Shown here in pieces: positions 9,548 to 20,002 of a stretch of 64,000 bases of DNA; position 1 is the first letter of the stretch, and every line of letters begins with the position of its first letter. The stretch is taken from positions 32,138 to 96,137 of the forward strand of contig JAAXHD010000123.1 of NCBI GenBank assembly GCA_012271015.1. The letters are read 5' to 3'. The DNA is from Candidatus Poribacteria bacterium. GTDB lineage: Bacteria; Poribacteria; WGA-4E; WGA-3G. The notes under the pieces were generated by a model. It had not been told where the DNA came from and searched no databases. It was given only the letters and a program-made list of their open reading frames with translations. A program made the translations under genes and the position numbers.

Positions 9548-10426
9548 CTAACTCTCGTCCTCTGTTCTATCAGCGGATTCTTGCAGGTATATCCGTGCCT
9601 GCTGATGTAGTCCTAAGAGGAATTGCCGTAAGTTTTGCTGAAGATTATGGAGTTGATGCCGGTCCGCCTCAAGGTCTTGGATTCGTGGATCGAAATGCTC
9701 CAAGCGGTTGAGTCGGTCGAAAATGTCTTCGATCAGATTCTGGATCTCGCTGAACCTCTGCTGTTCGTCTTCAACCTGTCGCCGTTCCCCTTCGAGTTGT
9801 AGAACCTTATCTGCCATGTCAGCGAGTTCTTTGCGTGTCTGCGTCAACTCTTTTTGAAGATTCTGCGTAAAATTTATTAGTTTTTCTAAAGTGTTCGTTG
9901 TTTTATAAGGCGGCTGTTCCGGATTACTAAAATTGATTTGCTCCTGAAGCGACGGGCTCTTTTCTGGTGAAAACGGTGAGGCAATTTCATCCGGTGGGTT
10001 AGCCAGTGCGGAGGCATCTGCCCCTCCAAAAATGCCTATTAACTTAATATGATACGAAAACAGGGTATAAGTTTCTCTGCGCTCGCTGTAGGTAACCTGC
10101 ACCCGTATCTCTTCATCAACCTTCAGGGCACTGAGACGAGAATGTATATTCCGAATAACTACCTCATTGTATCCGAATGAGTTATTTTTTTTTGGATTTA
10201 ATTGCCGGAGATACCGGTAGAGTTCCAGTCCATCGACGCTCTCGCGTTCCAACCCCTCGGTTGTTAAAACACCGACGACTTCAGGATTTTCAGGATCTGA
10301 CGCTCCATACTCGTCAGGTATGACAATATCCAGCGGCACCTCTCCGTGAAGAGCTTTCATCCCGAGAATCCACCCCGTTGTCGATGTTTTACTGCTGTAT
10401 ACAATGAAGTCGTAGGTAATTGCCAT
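9548..10426 (-). CDS. Hypothetical protein with an N-terminal globular domain, a Pro/Ser-rich linker and a C-terminal coiled coil
   Basis: 292-aa ORF. C-terminal heptad-like segment rich in Q/E/L/R (..LQKELTQTRKELADMADKVLQLEGERRQVEDEQQRF..). No recognisable motif. Confidence 0.35.
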   Translation of the reverse strand: MAITYDFIVYSSKTSTTGWILGMKALHGEVPLDIVIPDEYGASDPENPEVVGVLTTEGLERESVDGLELYRYLRQLNPKKNNSFGYNEVVIRNIHSRLSALKVDEEIRVQVTYSERRETYTLFSYHIKLIGIFGGADASALANPPDEIASPFSPEKSPSLQEQINFSNPEQPPYKTTNTLEKLINFTQNLQKELTQTRKELADMADKVLQLEGERRQVEDEQQRFSEIQNLIEDIFDRLNRLEHFDPRIQDLEADRHQLHNLQQNLRQFLLGLHQQARIYLQESADRTEDES

Positions 10427-10450
10427 AGTTTTCTCTTTTCATAAAAGCAT

Positions 10451-11320
10451 TTATTTTTGTAATCTCGACATGACCTCTTCCAGTTTCGGGATGCGAGTGG
10501 TGCCAACGCCCTCTACAGCGAAAGATGCAACACAATGTGCGAAGTTCAGTGCTTCCTTTACAGAATGACTCTGATAATAGTTAATCAAAAAGGCGGTTGC
10601 GAAAACATCACCAGCCCCCGTCGGATCTATTTCTGTAGCGGAGTACGCAGCGGATTCAAGCTGCGTTCCATTTTGAAAAAGGGTCGCCCCCTGTGCGCCT
10701 TGCGTCAGAACAACGATCGAGGTTAATCCAATATATTTTTCGAGTTCATCTGGATAACTGCGAAGATCCTCATCACTCAGGATTAATACATCAATATAAG
10801 GCAAGATATCTTTCGCTGTTCCCCATCGCTTTGCCTCGACCCTACCGCTGGCATCCCACTGTCGGAGCCAGCCTTGCGGTGTCGCTCCTATCAACGTTTT
10901 GTCGCTGAAACAGTGAACAACTTCAGAGGAGACTTCATCTGCAATCGGACACAAATAGGCTATATCACTCGCACGCCATTCGACAGGAATATCGTTACCC
11001 TTCAATTGCTGTGCGCTTCCAAGGATAAATTGCTGTCTGTGTCCCTTTGCGTCGTATTGGTTATCAAAAATTGTTGTCTCAGGAGATTCATGATAGACTG
11101 TCTTTATACCTGCTAAGAGTGGATTCTCCCGATCAAAGTTTGAGCCAACAGCCGTAACAGCTCGAGCATGGTGTCCGAGATTTCGTGCAGTTATTGTTGA
11201 GTACGAAGCGGACCCACCAAGGATATAACCGTTTGGTGAGACATCATAACAGAAATGGCCGACCGATAGAAAAGTCGTAGGCATTGGAGAGGGTGTATTC
11301 ATTTTCGCGTTATAACTCAA
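10451..11320 (-). CDS. PfkB-family sugar kinase (ribokinase-like)
   Basis: DPTGAGDVFATAFL C-terminal motif of the ribokinase/PfkB superfamily. Confidence 0.65.
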   Translation of the reverse strand: MSYNAKMNTPSPMPTTFLSVGHFCYDVSPNGYILGGSASYSTITARNLGHHARAVTAVGSNFDRENPLLAGIKTVYHESPETTIFDNQYDAKGHRQQFILGSAQQLKGNDIPVEWRASDIAYLCPIADEVSSEVVHCFSDKTLIGATPQGWLRQWDASGRVEAKRWGTAKDILPYIDVLILSDEDLRSYPDELEKYIGLTSIVVLTQGAQGATLFQNGTQLESAAYSATEIDPTGAGDVFATAFLINYYQSHSVKEALNFAHCVASFAVEGVGTTRIPKLEEVMSRLQK

Positions 11321-11642
11321 AGACAGGCTCCATCTGTGCCCACCATTCGTCTGGCTGTGCCTCCGCTACTGGTTCTTGGAAGGTTCTCATCAACTCATCC
11401 CAAACTTTGCATTTCGGATTCTCTTCGAGATAGCGTGGAAAATCGCGCTCTATATCAAAGGTATCAATCGTTTCCATTGCCATAAACAGACGGCATCCGA
11501 GCAGATAGATATTCATCTTCGTGATGCCAACTGTTTTCAGGGCATCAATCACTTCGGGCCATGCCTCTCGGTGATATGTTTTATATTTTTCAATAACAGA
11601 CGGATCGTTTTTAAGATTCAGTGTTAAACCGTAGTGTTTCAT
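11310..11642 (-). CDS. L-rhamnose mutarotase-like protein (RhaM/DUF718 family)
   Basis: 110-aa protein; its size and the YHREAWPEV..NIYLLG..LFMAMETID pattern resemble RhaM. It sits in a sugar-catabolic cluster with kinases and an isomerase. Confidence 0.5.
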   Translation of the reverse strand: MKHYGLTLNLKNDPSVIEKYKTYHREAWPEVIDALKTVGITKMNIYLLGCRLFMAMETIDTFDIERDFPRYLEENPKCKVWDELMRTFQEPVAEAQPDEWWAQMEPVFEL

Positions 11643-11837
11643 TTTAACTTTTTCAGTGCCTTTCGAATTATTTCAGCAGGGTCGAAGTTCTTTTTATTCA
11701 GTTTCTATATGATACCAAATTTTAACATTTTCGTCAACATCTTTCTTCACTTGCAGTAACAGTGGACATAGTGCTATAATAATTTCTGGACTCGCAGACA
11801 GTACCTGAAGACATTACCAAGGCAGGTAAAATCGAAA

Positions 11838-12914
11838 ATGAAGGTCCTCCTTAATAAAAACATCCCAAATGCCCTTCTCATTTCTATCGGGCTTCATATT
11901 CTTCTGCTGATGCTACTTGGGACCTTACATCGACAAAGGGTCGATTGGCAACCCAAACCGGTCACAGAGTTTGACATCGTCAAGATTCGAATGCGAAACT
12001 CCGTGCGTCCATTGAAAAAGGTTCGCCACCTTCCACTACAACCCTCTGCGACTCCTGAAAATATGCAACAGATGGAAACAATCGAGGTTCACCCCCCCGC
12101 ACTTCAGACCTCAGCAGCACTCGTAGCGCATCAAGACGCAACTGTCGAATTACAAACACCTGATCTCTCCTCCCTTTCAGGAGAATATGCTCACGGAAAG
12201 GGGCTACGGGCTAAGCCTGTTTCAGGATTAGGCAGTAGTGGTACAGGCAGCGGGTTGAGTTCACGTATATCCGGTAATGGGAAAGCCGGAGGTGCGACTC
12301 GCGGCTTTTTAGGAGGGACGGATGGGCAATCCGCCTCTGACATAGGAGGTCTCACGCTTCCTGATCTGGCACTCACCAAGGTAGGAAGACATATCATCGC
12401 AAACCGTGGGTCCGACCTCGTTGACATCGTTTTTGTTATTGACGGCAGTGGAAGTATGAAAAATGATGTTGACGCGGTACGCGAACACCTCAGTGCTATG
12501 ACAGATCTCTTCGACAGCGCAAACATGGACTTCACCATCGGCATTGTAACCTTCCGAACTGGAACGGGATACGGCTTACTCGGTTTGGACTTTGAGGTGA
12601 TCCCGCAAATGCGTTCCGTTTCTCAAGTTAAGAAGGTGCTGTCACAGTTGAAATTCCGCGGAGACGAAAACGGTCTGGACGCTCTCATCCGAGCCGCCGA
12701 TGAGGTTACGTTCCGACAGGACGCTGAGGTCCATTTCATATTCGTCACAGATGAATATGTAAGCGGGGCGTATTCTTCAATAGACGTGATGGTGAAGATG
12801 AAAACTGCTAAAATCAAGGTAGATGTTATCGGACGCGATGAACCGTTTCAGAAGTTCATCGCCAAAAGTACAGGTGGCTTATGGCTGCCAATTTCCAGTC
12901 TCACGATCCAATGA
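11838..12914 (+). CDS. Membrane-anchored von Willebrand factor A (vWA) domain protein
   Basis: N-terminal TM helix. vWA MIDAS start DIVFVIDGSGSM. Confidence 0.65.
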   Translation: MKVLLNKNIPNALLISIGLHILLLMLLGTLHRQRVDWQPKPVTEFDIVKIRMRNSVRPLKKVRHLPLQPSATPENMQQMETIEVHPPALQTSAALVAHQDATVELQTPDLSSLSGEYAHGKGLRAKPVSGLGSSGTGSGLSSRISGNGKAGGATRGFLGGTDGQSASDIGGLTLPDLALTKVGRHIIANRGSDLVDIVFVIDGSGSMKNDVDAVREHLSAMTDLFDSANMDFTIGIVTFRTGTGYGLLGLDFEVIPQMRSVSQVKKVLSQLKFRGDENGLDALIRAADEVTFRQDAEVHFIFVTDEYVSGAYSSIDVMVKMKTAKIKVDVIGRDEPFQKFIAKSTGGLWLPISSLTIQ

Positions 12915-12942
12915 AACAGTAATCAAAGAACGGTGATCACCG

Positions 12943-14481
12943 ATGCAGATAAAGGATAAACACTATGCCTTAGGGTTGACGTTTCTTTTTCTTGGCGTAA
13001 GCGCATTTACCGCCAGCCATCACGAAATGTGGCGCGACGAGATTCAGGCATGGCTGATCGCCCGTGACAGCGGTTCAATCTTCGAACTCTTCGCGCATCT
13101 CAAATATGAGGGGCATCCGGGCTTGTGGCACCTATTCCTTATGCCACTCACGCGTATCACACACTCCCCCGTCATCATGCAGATATTCCACCTACTGATT
13201 GCAGGTGTCACCGTATATCTTTTCGTTCGCTACGCGCCTTTCAACCTTCTCCAGAAATTTCTGTTCTGTTTCGGTTATTTCGTCCTCTATGAATACACTA
13301 TTCTTGCCAGAAACTATGCCTTCGGGCTTCTGCTAATAACCGTTTTCTGCATCCTTTTCAAGGAGCGTTACAAACGCTTTATTTTGGTGGGTTGCTTGCT
13401 ATTTCTTCTGGCACATACGAGTGTCCATGCTTTAATTCTCACCATAGCAATAGGAGTCGCGCTCTGCTGCGAATACGTTTGTCACTGTTGTCGTCTAACC
13501 CCTTTCATCCAAGAAGGTGAGACGACAGAGGATAAACGCGCCGTCTGGATCGGGTTCGTTCTCATTGGGATCGGTATCACAACATCGGTTTTACAACTCA
13601 ATCCTCCACCAGATACAGGGTTCGCTGTGGAATGGAAGTTTGCCTATGAATCGGAAGAGTTCAGTAAGGTTCTTCATCTCATCTCTCGTGCCTTTCTCCC
13701 CATTCCTGAGTTTTCGCTTAATTTTTGGAACAAGCACCAATTAGAAACGTACGCTTTCTACCAATCCATTCAAATTCTATTCTGCTGTCTTCTGATGCTT
13801 TGCAGTGTGCTGTTGTTACTCAAGCGTCCTACTGCGCTTCTGATGTATCTGATGGCAATATTTGGACTTTTAGTATTTTTTTACATAAAGTATTACGGCA
13901 GCATGCGGCACCACGGATTCTTGTTCATCACACTCCTGATGACGGGTTGGATTCATAAAGACTGCCCTGAGATAGATCTTCGATCAAAGATTTTCAACGA
14001 ATTACCGCAACGGTTGTTTTCCCCGTTTTTCACCTTCATCTTTATCTGTCATTTCATCGGAGGTATAACCGCCGTTGTATTGGAACATCGGCATGTCTTC
14101 TCTTATGGGAAACAGGTAGCTGAATATATCAGTGCGAACGATATGCGAGATATGCAGATGGTCGGTGAGATAGATTATGCCGCCAGCACTATTGTCGGGT
14201 ACCTCGAAAAAGATCAGATTCATTACGTACACGGCAGTCGTCCCGGCTCCTTTGTCAGGTGGGATAACGTCCGCATGCCTGACGTTGATATCCCGGACAG
14301 CCAAGTCGTTGAGGAGGCAAACGCCTTGCGGACCCAGACCTCTCAGGATATTCTCATTATTATGAATCGCGCTTTAGAACCGGAACTGATTGCCCAGCAT
14401 AACCTCAATCTCTTAACCGAATTTATAGGTTCAATCGTTGATGACGAAGGCTTCTATATCTATCTAATGCCAGCGCCTTGA
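12943..14481 (+). CDS. Polytopic membrane protein, GT-C-fold glycosyltransferase-like (ArnT/PMT family)
   Basis: Many predicted TM helices. N-terminal DE..aw followed by an EGHPGLWH-type loop, reminiscent of the ArnT/PMT (GT39/GT83) first periplasmic loop. Confidence 0.4.
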   Translation: MQIKDKHYALGLTFLFLGVSAFTASHHEMWRDEIQAWLIARDSGSIFELFAHLKYEGHPGLWHLFLMPLTRITHSPVIMQIFHLLIAGVTVYLFVRYAPFNLLQKFLFCFGYFVLYEYTILARNYAFGLLLITVFCILFKERYKRFILVGCLLFLLAHTSVHALILTIAIGVALCCEYVCHCCRLTPFIQEGETTEDKRAVWIGFVLIGIGITTSVLQLNPPPDTGFAVEWKFAYESEEFSKVLHLISRAFLPIPEFSLNFWNKHQLETYAFYQSIQILFCCLLMLCSVLLLLKRPTALLMYLMAIFGLLVFFYIKYYGSMRHHGFLFITLLMTGWIHKDCPEIDLRSKIFNELPQRLFSPFFTFIFICHFIGGITAVVLEHRHVFSYGKQVAEYISANDMRDMQMVGEIDYAASTIVGYLEKDQIHYVHGSRPGSFVRWDNVRMPDVDIPDSQVVEEANALRTQTSQDILIIMNRALEPELIAQHNLNLLTEFIGSIVDDEGFYIYLMPAP

Positions 14482-14715
14482 GATAATTCCTCCTTCTTGT
14501 AGGAGAATCCCGGCTCCTTCTAACCGCTGACAACCTCTTTGTAGGAGCGACTTTCAGTCGCGACCTTCATTTGTCGCTAAATCGCCCCACAAAAACTAAA
14601 CATCCGTCTTGACTTTTCACTCGATACATGGTAAACTTAAAGTAAGTTGTATTGATGGGAAAACTCTATCCTCAAGCCACTGCTACCCTAAATGAAATGA
14701 AGGTTACCATCCCCT

Positions 14716-16662
14716 ATGTCAAAAGAAAATTTCAATGAAAAACTGACCGCACTCCTCAAAACCCACCCTGACTTCCTTGACGATGCAGGCGAACTCATCC
14801 CCGCCGCCGTCAGAGACCACGCATGGCAACTCAACCACGATCTCATCAAATTATTGCTCACCGACGATCAGATAAAGACAGCCTTCTTTGACGAAATTGA
14901 CGGACATTGGGTTTTCAATCACAACACCTTCATCAACTACATCACCGACAAAAATTTTCTCGCCAACTCTTACACGCAATTCCGCAACAAAATCGGCTTG
15001 AACATCGGTGGTAAATTTTTACGCGAACGCGGTGAGGTCTCACTCGTTTGGCCCTACAAGGACTGCGTCTTGGAGGGCGGACAGACGAAGGAAGAGGAGA
15101 AACGCAAAGAGATATTCTTCAATGAAACGCTTGCACAGGACGAAATCAACCGGATGTTCGATCCGAAGGTTCTCACCAATTGGAAACGCCACACTGCCGA
15201 AGACGAACAAGACGTAACGGACATCCAACGAGACGAAAATGGAATCATTCTCGAAAACCTCATCATCAAAGGCAACAATCTCATTGCACTCCACACGCTC
15301 AAACAACAGTTTCGCGGGCAGGTCAAACTCATTTACATCGATCCGCCGTATAATACCGGCACTGACAGTTTCGGCTATAACGACAGTTTTAACCATTCCA
15401 GCTGGCTGACGTTCATGAGAAATCGGTTGGAAGTCGCGCGGGAATTTCTGAAGGATGATGGAGTTATCCTGATTCACATCGACGATCAGGAAATGCACTA
15501 TCTAAAACTCGTGGCTGACGATATATTCGGGAGAGACAATTTTATCGCCACTGTCCCAAGAAAAACTAGAAGTGGAAGAAGCAACGTACCTTACAACCTG
15601 TCTCAGGATTTTGACTGGATATTGATGTACTCAAACAAAGCGGTCAAAAAAAATAATATCTTCCAGCGGACAATTTCAAGAAAATATCATACAACCCCTG
15701 ATTTTCCTGACGATGAATGGAGATTAAGCGATATTACAGTTCAGGCTACAATTCATGAAAGACCGAATTGCAACTTCACATTAGTAAATCCGAAAAATGG
15801 GCAAGAATATCCGGTGAATCCTGATCGCTGCTGGGGCTTTCCGGGAAATTCATTTCATGACTACTACAAACGAGGGAAAATTGTTTTTCCTGGGGATTAT
15901 GATTTTCTCAACATAAGACAACCGGCATTGCGCGTTTTCAAATCTGAGGAGATTGAAAGAAAAGGGATAGATTACGATAAGGCTTTCGTCTCATCAGACT
16001 TTCTCAATCAGGCCATGGACGAATTACTGAAAAGTATGGTCAACAGGAAAGGCACGGACGAAATTGTAGAGATTTTTGGAAGAAAAGCATTCGCATATCC
16101 AAAAAATGAACTATTGATGCAACGCATTATTGAATATACAACAAAAGAAGGGGATATTGCTTTGGATTTTCATTTAGGCTCAGGCACAACTGCTGCTGTT
16201 GCTCACAAGATGGGCAGACAATACATCGGCATCGAGCAAATGGATTATGCTGAAACTCTTCCAGTTGAACGCGTAAACAAAGTAATCGCTGGTGAACAAG
16301 GCGGTATCTCTAAATCCGTCAAGTGGCAAGGCGGGGGTGATTTCATCTATTGCGAACTGATGCCATACAATCAAGCGTATATGGATAAAATCCAATCCAC
16401 CCAATCCTCCGAAGCACTGGTAGCCCTCTGGCGAGACATCGCCGAAGACGCATTCCTGAACTGGTACGTCAACCCTGAAGTCCCGGAAGAAGCCATAAAC
16501 GATTTCATCGCCATCGGCGACGTAGAGAAACAGAAACACCTACTCGCTGAATTGCTGGATAAGAATCAACTCTACGTCAACCTCTCCGAAATGGAGGATG
16601 CGGATTTTGAGGTGAGTGCAGAAGATAAGATGTTGAATAAGGCGTTTTATGGAGATTCTTGA
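14716..16662 (+). CDS. mod: Type III restriction-modification system methyltransferase (Mod), beta-class N6-adenine/N4-cytosine MTase
   Basis: Motif IV IYIDPPYNTG lies upstream of motif I FHLGSGTTAAVA (order IV-TRD-I). It is followed by a Res-type helicase-nuclease. Confidence 0.8.
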   Translation: MSKENFNEKLTALLKTHPDFLDDAGELIPAAVRDHAWQLNHDLIKLLLTDDQIKTAFFDEIDGHWVFNHNTFINYITDKNFLANSYTQFRNKIGLNIGGKFLRERGEVSLVWPYKDCVLEGGQTKEEEKRKEIFFNETLAQDEINRMFDPKVLTNWKRHTAEDEQDVTDIQRDENGIILENLIIKGNNLIALHTLKQQFRGQVKLIYIDPPYNTGTDSFGYNDSFNHSSWLTFMRNRLEVAREFLKDDGVILIHIDDQEMHYLKLVADDIFGRDNFIATVPRKTRSGRSNVPYNLSQDFDWILMYSNKAVKKNNIFQRTISRKYHTTPDFPDDEWRLSDITVQATIHERPNCNFTLVNPKNGQEYPVNPDRCWGFPGNSFHDYYKRGKIVFPGDYDFLNIRQPALRVFKSEEIERKGIDYDKAFVSSDFLNQAMDELLKSMVNRKGTDEIVEIFGRKAFAYPKNELLMQRIIEYTTKEGDIALDFHLGSGTTAAVAHKMGRQYIGIEQMDYAETLPVERVNKVIAGEQGGISKSVKWQGGGDFIYCELMPYNQAYMDKIQSTQSSEALVALWRDIAEDAFLNWYVNPEVPEEAINDFIAIGDVEKQKHLLAELLDKNQLYVNLSEMEDADFEVSAEDKMLNKAFYGDS

Positions 16663-17078
16663 TGGAAGCGGTCACGCATATTGACACCCTTGATGAAGAA
16701 AAAACGCAGCAGTGGCGGCGTGCAATTTTCTATCTGTATCTGCTGATTTTGCATCGCCGACCGACTGAGGAACACGACGAATTGAAAACGCTGGTTCACC
16801 AGCATATCCAAGAAAGTTCCCGTAGAGAGGAGGGAGAAACAATGGCACAGACAATGGCTGAGTATCTCATGGAACAAGGTGAAAGACGCGGTGAAAGACG
16901 CGGTGAAACGCACGCAAAACGTGAAGCGGTCCTCAAACTGCTGCGATTTCGATTCAATACCGTTCCTGAATCCATTACCAGTAGGATTACCTCAATACGG
17001 AGTCCATCGCGTCTCGATGCCCTCTTTGAGGCAGTCTTGACTGCCCAAACACTCGATGACATTGATTGGGGAAACTAA
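16659..17078 (+). CDS. Small DUF4351-like protein inserted between mod and res
   Basis: 139 aa. The C-terminal half (..AEYLMEQGERRGERRGE..LKLLRFRFNTVPESITSRITSIRSPSRLDALFEAVLTAQTLDDI) matches the G-rich triplet plus LL.RFG..P..i...I pattern of DUF4351 (C-terminal domain of Rpn/YhgA-like proteins). ATGA overlap with the mod stop; 23-nt overlap with the res start. Confidence 0.45.
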   Translation: MMEAVTHIDTLDEEKTQQWRRAIFYLYLLILHRRPTEEHDELKTLVHQHIQESSRREEGETMAQTMAEYLMEQGERRGERRGETHAKREAVLKLLRFRFNTVPESITSRITSIRSPSRLDALFEAVLTAQTLDDIDWGN

Positions 17079-19701
17079 GGTTACGATGCTTGAGCAATTT
17101 CTTCATGAACAACTCGAAATCGCGTTCAACTTTGGGATCCCCAAACCGGAAATGCCGGATAGCATTACGCAAAATCTGAATCCCACGTTTGAACTCCGTC
17201 CCTACCAAGAAGACGCGTTTGCGAGTTTTATTCACTACTTCAGTAACGACCTGCCGGGCAAAGAAAACCCCTTACACCTGCTGTTCAACATGGCGACCGG
17301 TAGTGGCAAGACGCTCATCATGGCAGGTTTGATTCTCTACCTTTATGAGAAAGGCTACCGCAACTTCCTTTTTTTCGTTAATTCCACCAATATCATAGAA
17401 AAGACGAAAGACAACTTTCTCAATGCGCGCTCCGCAAAATACCTATTCAGTGAAGATATCCATATCGACAGGGAGCACGTTGCGGTCACAGAAGTGGAAA
17501 ATTTCGAGGGAATCAACGAGAAATCTATCAATATTTGCTTCACAACGATCCAGAAACTCCACTCAGATCTAACAGCGGAAAAGGAGAACGCCCTAACCTT
17601 TGAAGATTTCAAGGAAAAGGAAATTGTTCTCTTGGCAGATGAAGCGCACCACATGAACGTGCAGACCAGAACTCAGCAGTTGGAACTGGAATTGGAAGAG
17701 CAGAAGCCGAGTTGGGAGAATACGGTTGAGAACATCTTTCGCGCGAACGCAAATAACCTATTGTTGGAATTCACGGCTACGCACGATTACGAAACCCCAA
17801 ACATTGTGGATAAGTACCGAAACAAGATTATCTATCGTTACGATCTCGTAAACTTTCGGAACGATCGGTTCTCAAAAGATGTTGTCCTTGTCCATTCCGA
17901 CTTGGAGCCAGAATCCCGCATCTTGCAGGCACTCATTCTGAATCAGTACAAAGAGGAGGTCGCGGCGGATAGTGGCATCAATCTAAAACCCGTCATTTTG
18001 TTCAAGGCACAACGAACAATCGCGCAATCGCAAGAGAACAAGGTAAACTTTCATAAACTCATTGATGAACTCACTGCCGACCAGATTGACAGTTTTCGAG
18101 GATCAGATCTTGAGATCGTTCAACGGGCATTCAGTTTCTTGGATAAAAAGATGACTACTGAAGAGTTGGTCCAACGTCTAAAATCGGCATTCCGTGAGGA
18201 GCACTGCCTCTCGGTTAACAATGACAATGAAAAGGAGACGTATCAACTCCGCCTTAACAACCTTGAAGACAGAAGCAATCCGATCCGTGCCATCTTCGCC
18301 GTGCAGAAACTCAACGAGGGGTGGGATGTGTTGAACCTCTTCGATATCGTCCGCTGTTATGAAGCCCGCGACTCAGGAAAGAGCAAAATCGGAAAAACAA
18401 CGATATCCGAGGCACAACTCATCGGGCGCGGCGCACGCTATTTCCCCTTCGTTTTGCCTGACCATACAGACCGGTTCCGCCGTAAGTTTGACGAAGACCT
18501 CGACCACGAATTGCGCGTACTGGAAGAACTTCACTACCATAGTATCCACGATTCGCGCTACATCTCTGAAATCCGCACTGCACTGATTGACGAAGGTATG
18601 ATGGACGAACGCCTTGAGACTCGCGAGCTCAAGTTAAAATCCGAGTTCAAGGACACCGATCTCTACAAACACGGCGTTGTTTGGCTCAACAAACAGGTGC
18701 CGAAAGATTATCAACACGTCCAATCTTTTGGAGATTTGGCGCAACTCAGTGTCCGGCAGAAAAACTACGAACATACCATCCATACCGGAACCGGCGGCGT
18801 GACGGCTGTCATGGAGAACAGTGAGACACCGGTGCAACAGGGCCATCCAAGCAGTCGGGATATTCAGGTAGTTGACATCGAACAGAATATCGTCAAATCC
18901 GCTATTGCTCGCAATCCGCTTTTCTCGTTTGCATCACTTAAACAGTATTTTCCGCACTTGGCATCCGTCCGAGAATTCATTACCTCCAAAAACTATCTGG
19001 GTGGCTTAGCAATCACTTTCAAAGGACACCTCACTGACTTGGAAGAGAATCGCTCTGCAAAACTGGCGGCGTGTGAGGGGCTGCTCAGTCAAATCGAATC
19101 CGAAATTCGCAAAGAGATTACTGAATACCAAGGCACGAAACACTTTTATGAGCAGCAAATTCTCGTTGTTTTCACTGACAAAACCCTGAAATTCAGTGTG
19201 GACACACCGCGTGCCGATGACAGCGACACGGCGTATCTGGTCAAAGTCAGCGACTGGTTCGCTTATGATACCTTCTACGGTACGAGTGAAGAAAAGGCGT
19301 TCGTACAGATGCTGGACAGATGGATTCAGGAATCGGAGAAAACCTACGAGGATATCTATCTGCTTCGCAATGAGGGGCATTTCTCACTCTATAACTTCTT
19401 CGATGGCAGCCCTTTTCAACCTGACTTCGTGTTGTTCTTGCGTGAGAAAAATGGAGAATCCCTAAGTTACCAACTCTTCATTGAACCCAAAGGTGAGCAT
19501 CTGGCGGAAATTGACCGATGGAAAGAGAAGTTCCTACAGGAGATCCGTGCGGAATTCCGCAGTAAAATCTTGACGGAGAACAGTAAATATCGCGTCATCG
19601 GTGTCCCCTCCTTCTATCACGAGAGATACGAGAATCAATTCAAGGACGACCTTAATGCGGCATTAACTGATACATCTCAAACACAAGAACACAATGACTG
19701 A
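17056..19701 (+). CDS. res: Type III restriction enzyme Res subunit (SF2 helicase plus C-terminal PD-(D/E)xK nuclease)
   Basis: Walker A MATGSGKT, DEAH box LLADEAHH, C-terminal FQPDFVLF...FIEPKG endonuclease motif. An alternative start is ATG 17086 (AAGG SD). Confidence 0.8.
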   Translation: MTLIGETKVTMLEQFLHEQLEIAFNFGIPKPEMPDSITQNLNPTFELRPYQEDAFASFIHYFSNDLPGKENPLHLLFNMATGSGKTLIMAGLILYLYEKGYRNFLFFVNSTNIIEKTKDNFLNARSAKYLFSEDIHIDREHVAVTEVENFEGINEKSINICFTTIQKLHSDLTAEKENALTFEDFKEKEIVLLADEAHHMNVQTRTQQLELELEEQKPSWENTVENIFRANANNLLLEFTATHDYETPNIVDKYRNKIIYRYDLVNFRNDRFSKDVVLVHSDLEPESRILQALILNQYKEEVAADSGINLKPVILFKAQRTIAQSQENKVNFHKLIDELTADQIDSFRGSDLEIVQRAFSFLDKKMTTEELVQRLKSAFREEHCLSVNNDNEKETYQLRLNNLEDRSNPIRAIFAVQKLNEGWDVLNLFDIVRCYEARDSGKSKIGKTTISEAQLIGRGARYFPFVLPDHTDRFRRKFDEDLDHELRVLEELHYHSIHDSRYISEIRTALIDEGMMDERLETRELKLKSEFKDTDLYKHGVVWLNKQVPKDYQHVQSFGDLAQLSVRQKNYEHTIHTGTGGVTAVMENSETPVQQGHPSSRDIQVVDIEQNIVKSAIARNPLFSFASLKQYFPHLASVREFITSKNYLGGLAITFKGHLTDLEENRSAKLAACEGLLSQIESEIRKEITEYQGTKHFYEQQILVVFTDKTLKFSVDTPRADDSDTAYLVKVSDWFAYDTFYGTSEEKAFVQMLDRWIQESEKTYEDIYLLRNEGHFSLYNFFDGSPFQPDFVLFLREKNGESLSYQLFIEPKGEHLAEIDRWKEKFLQEIRAEFRSKILTENSKYRVIGVPSFYHERYENQFKDDLNAALTDTSQTQEHND

Positions 19702-20002
19702 ACTCTTATGTAGAGTCTCTCATAAATCCTGGCTCAGCAGGGAAGCCGCCGAAGCCCATACGCGTGTCGCCCCGCTGGGCTTAGAGATCTGTGGTCAACA
19801 CGCAGCTACACATCTGTCGCCCCGCTGGGGCTTAGGGAGGGGTTAGAAACACCGTATAGAAGAGAAAGCGGAACGCCTAATGCCAAAAACTTTACATACT
19901 CAGTAAAAACTTTTTGCTTGACAGAATCTGCAATAAGTGCTAACATAATTAAATGTTTTTTTTGTCGGAGATACACCAAAAACGGAGAGTTTCCTAAGTA
20001 CA

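Noticed and set aside
12191-12544. 117-aa minus-strand ORF
   Set aside because: Antisense within the vWA-domain gene.
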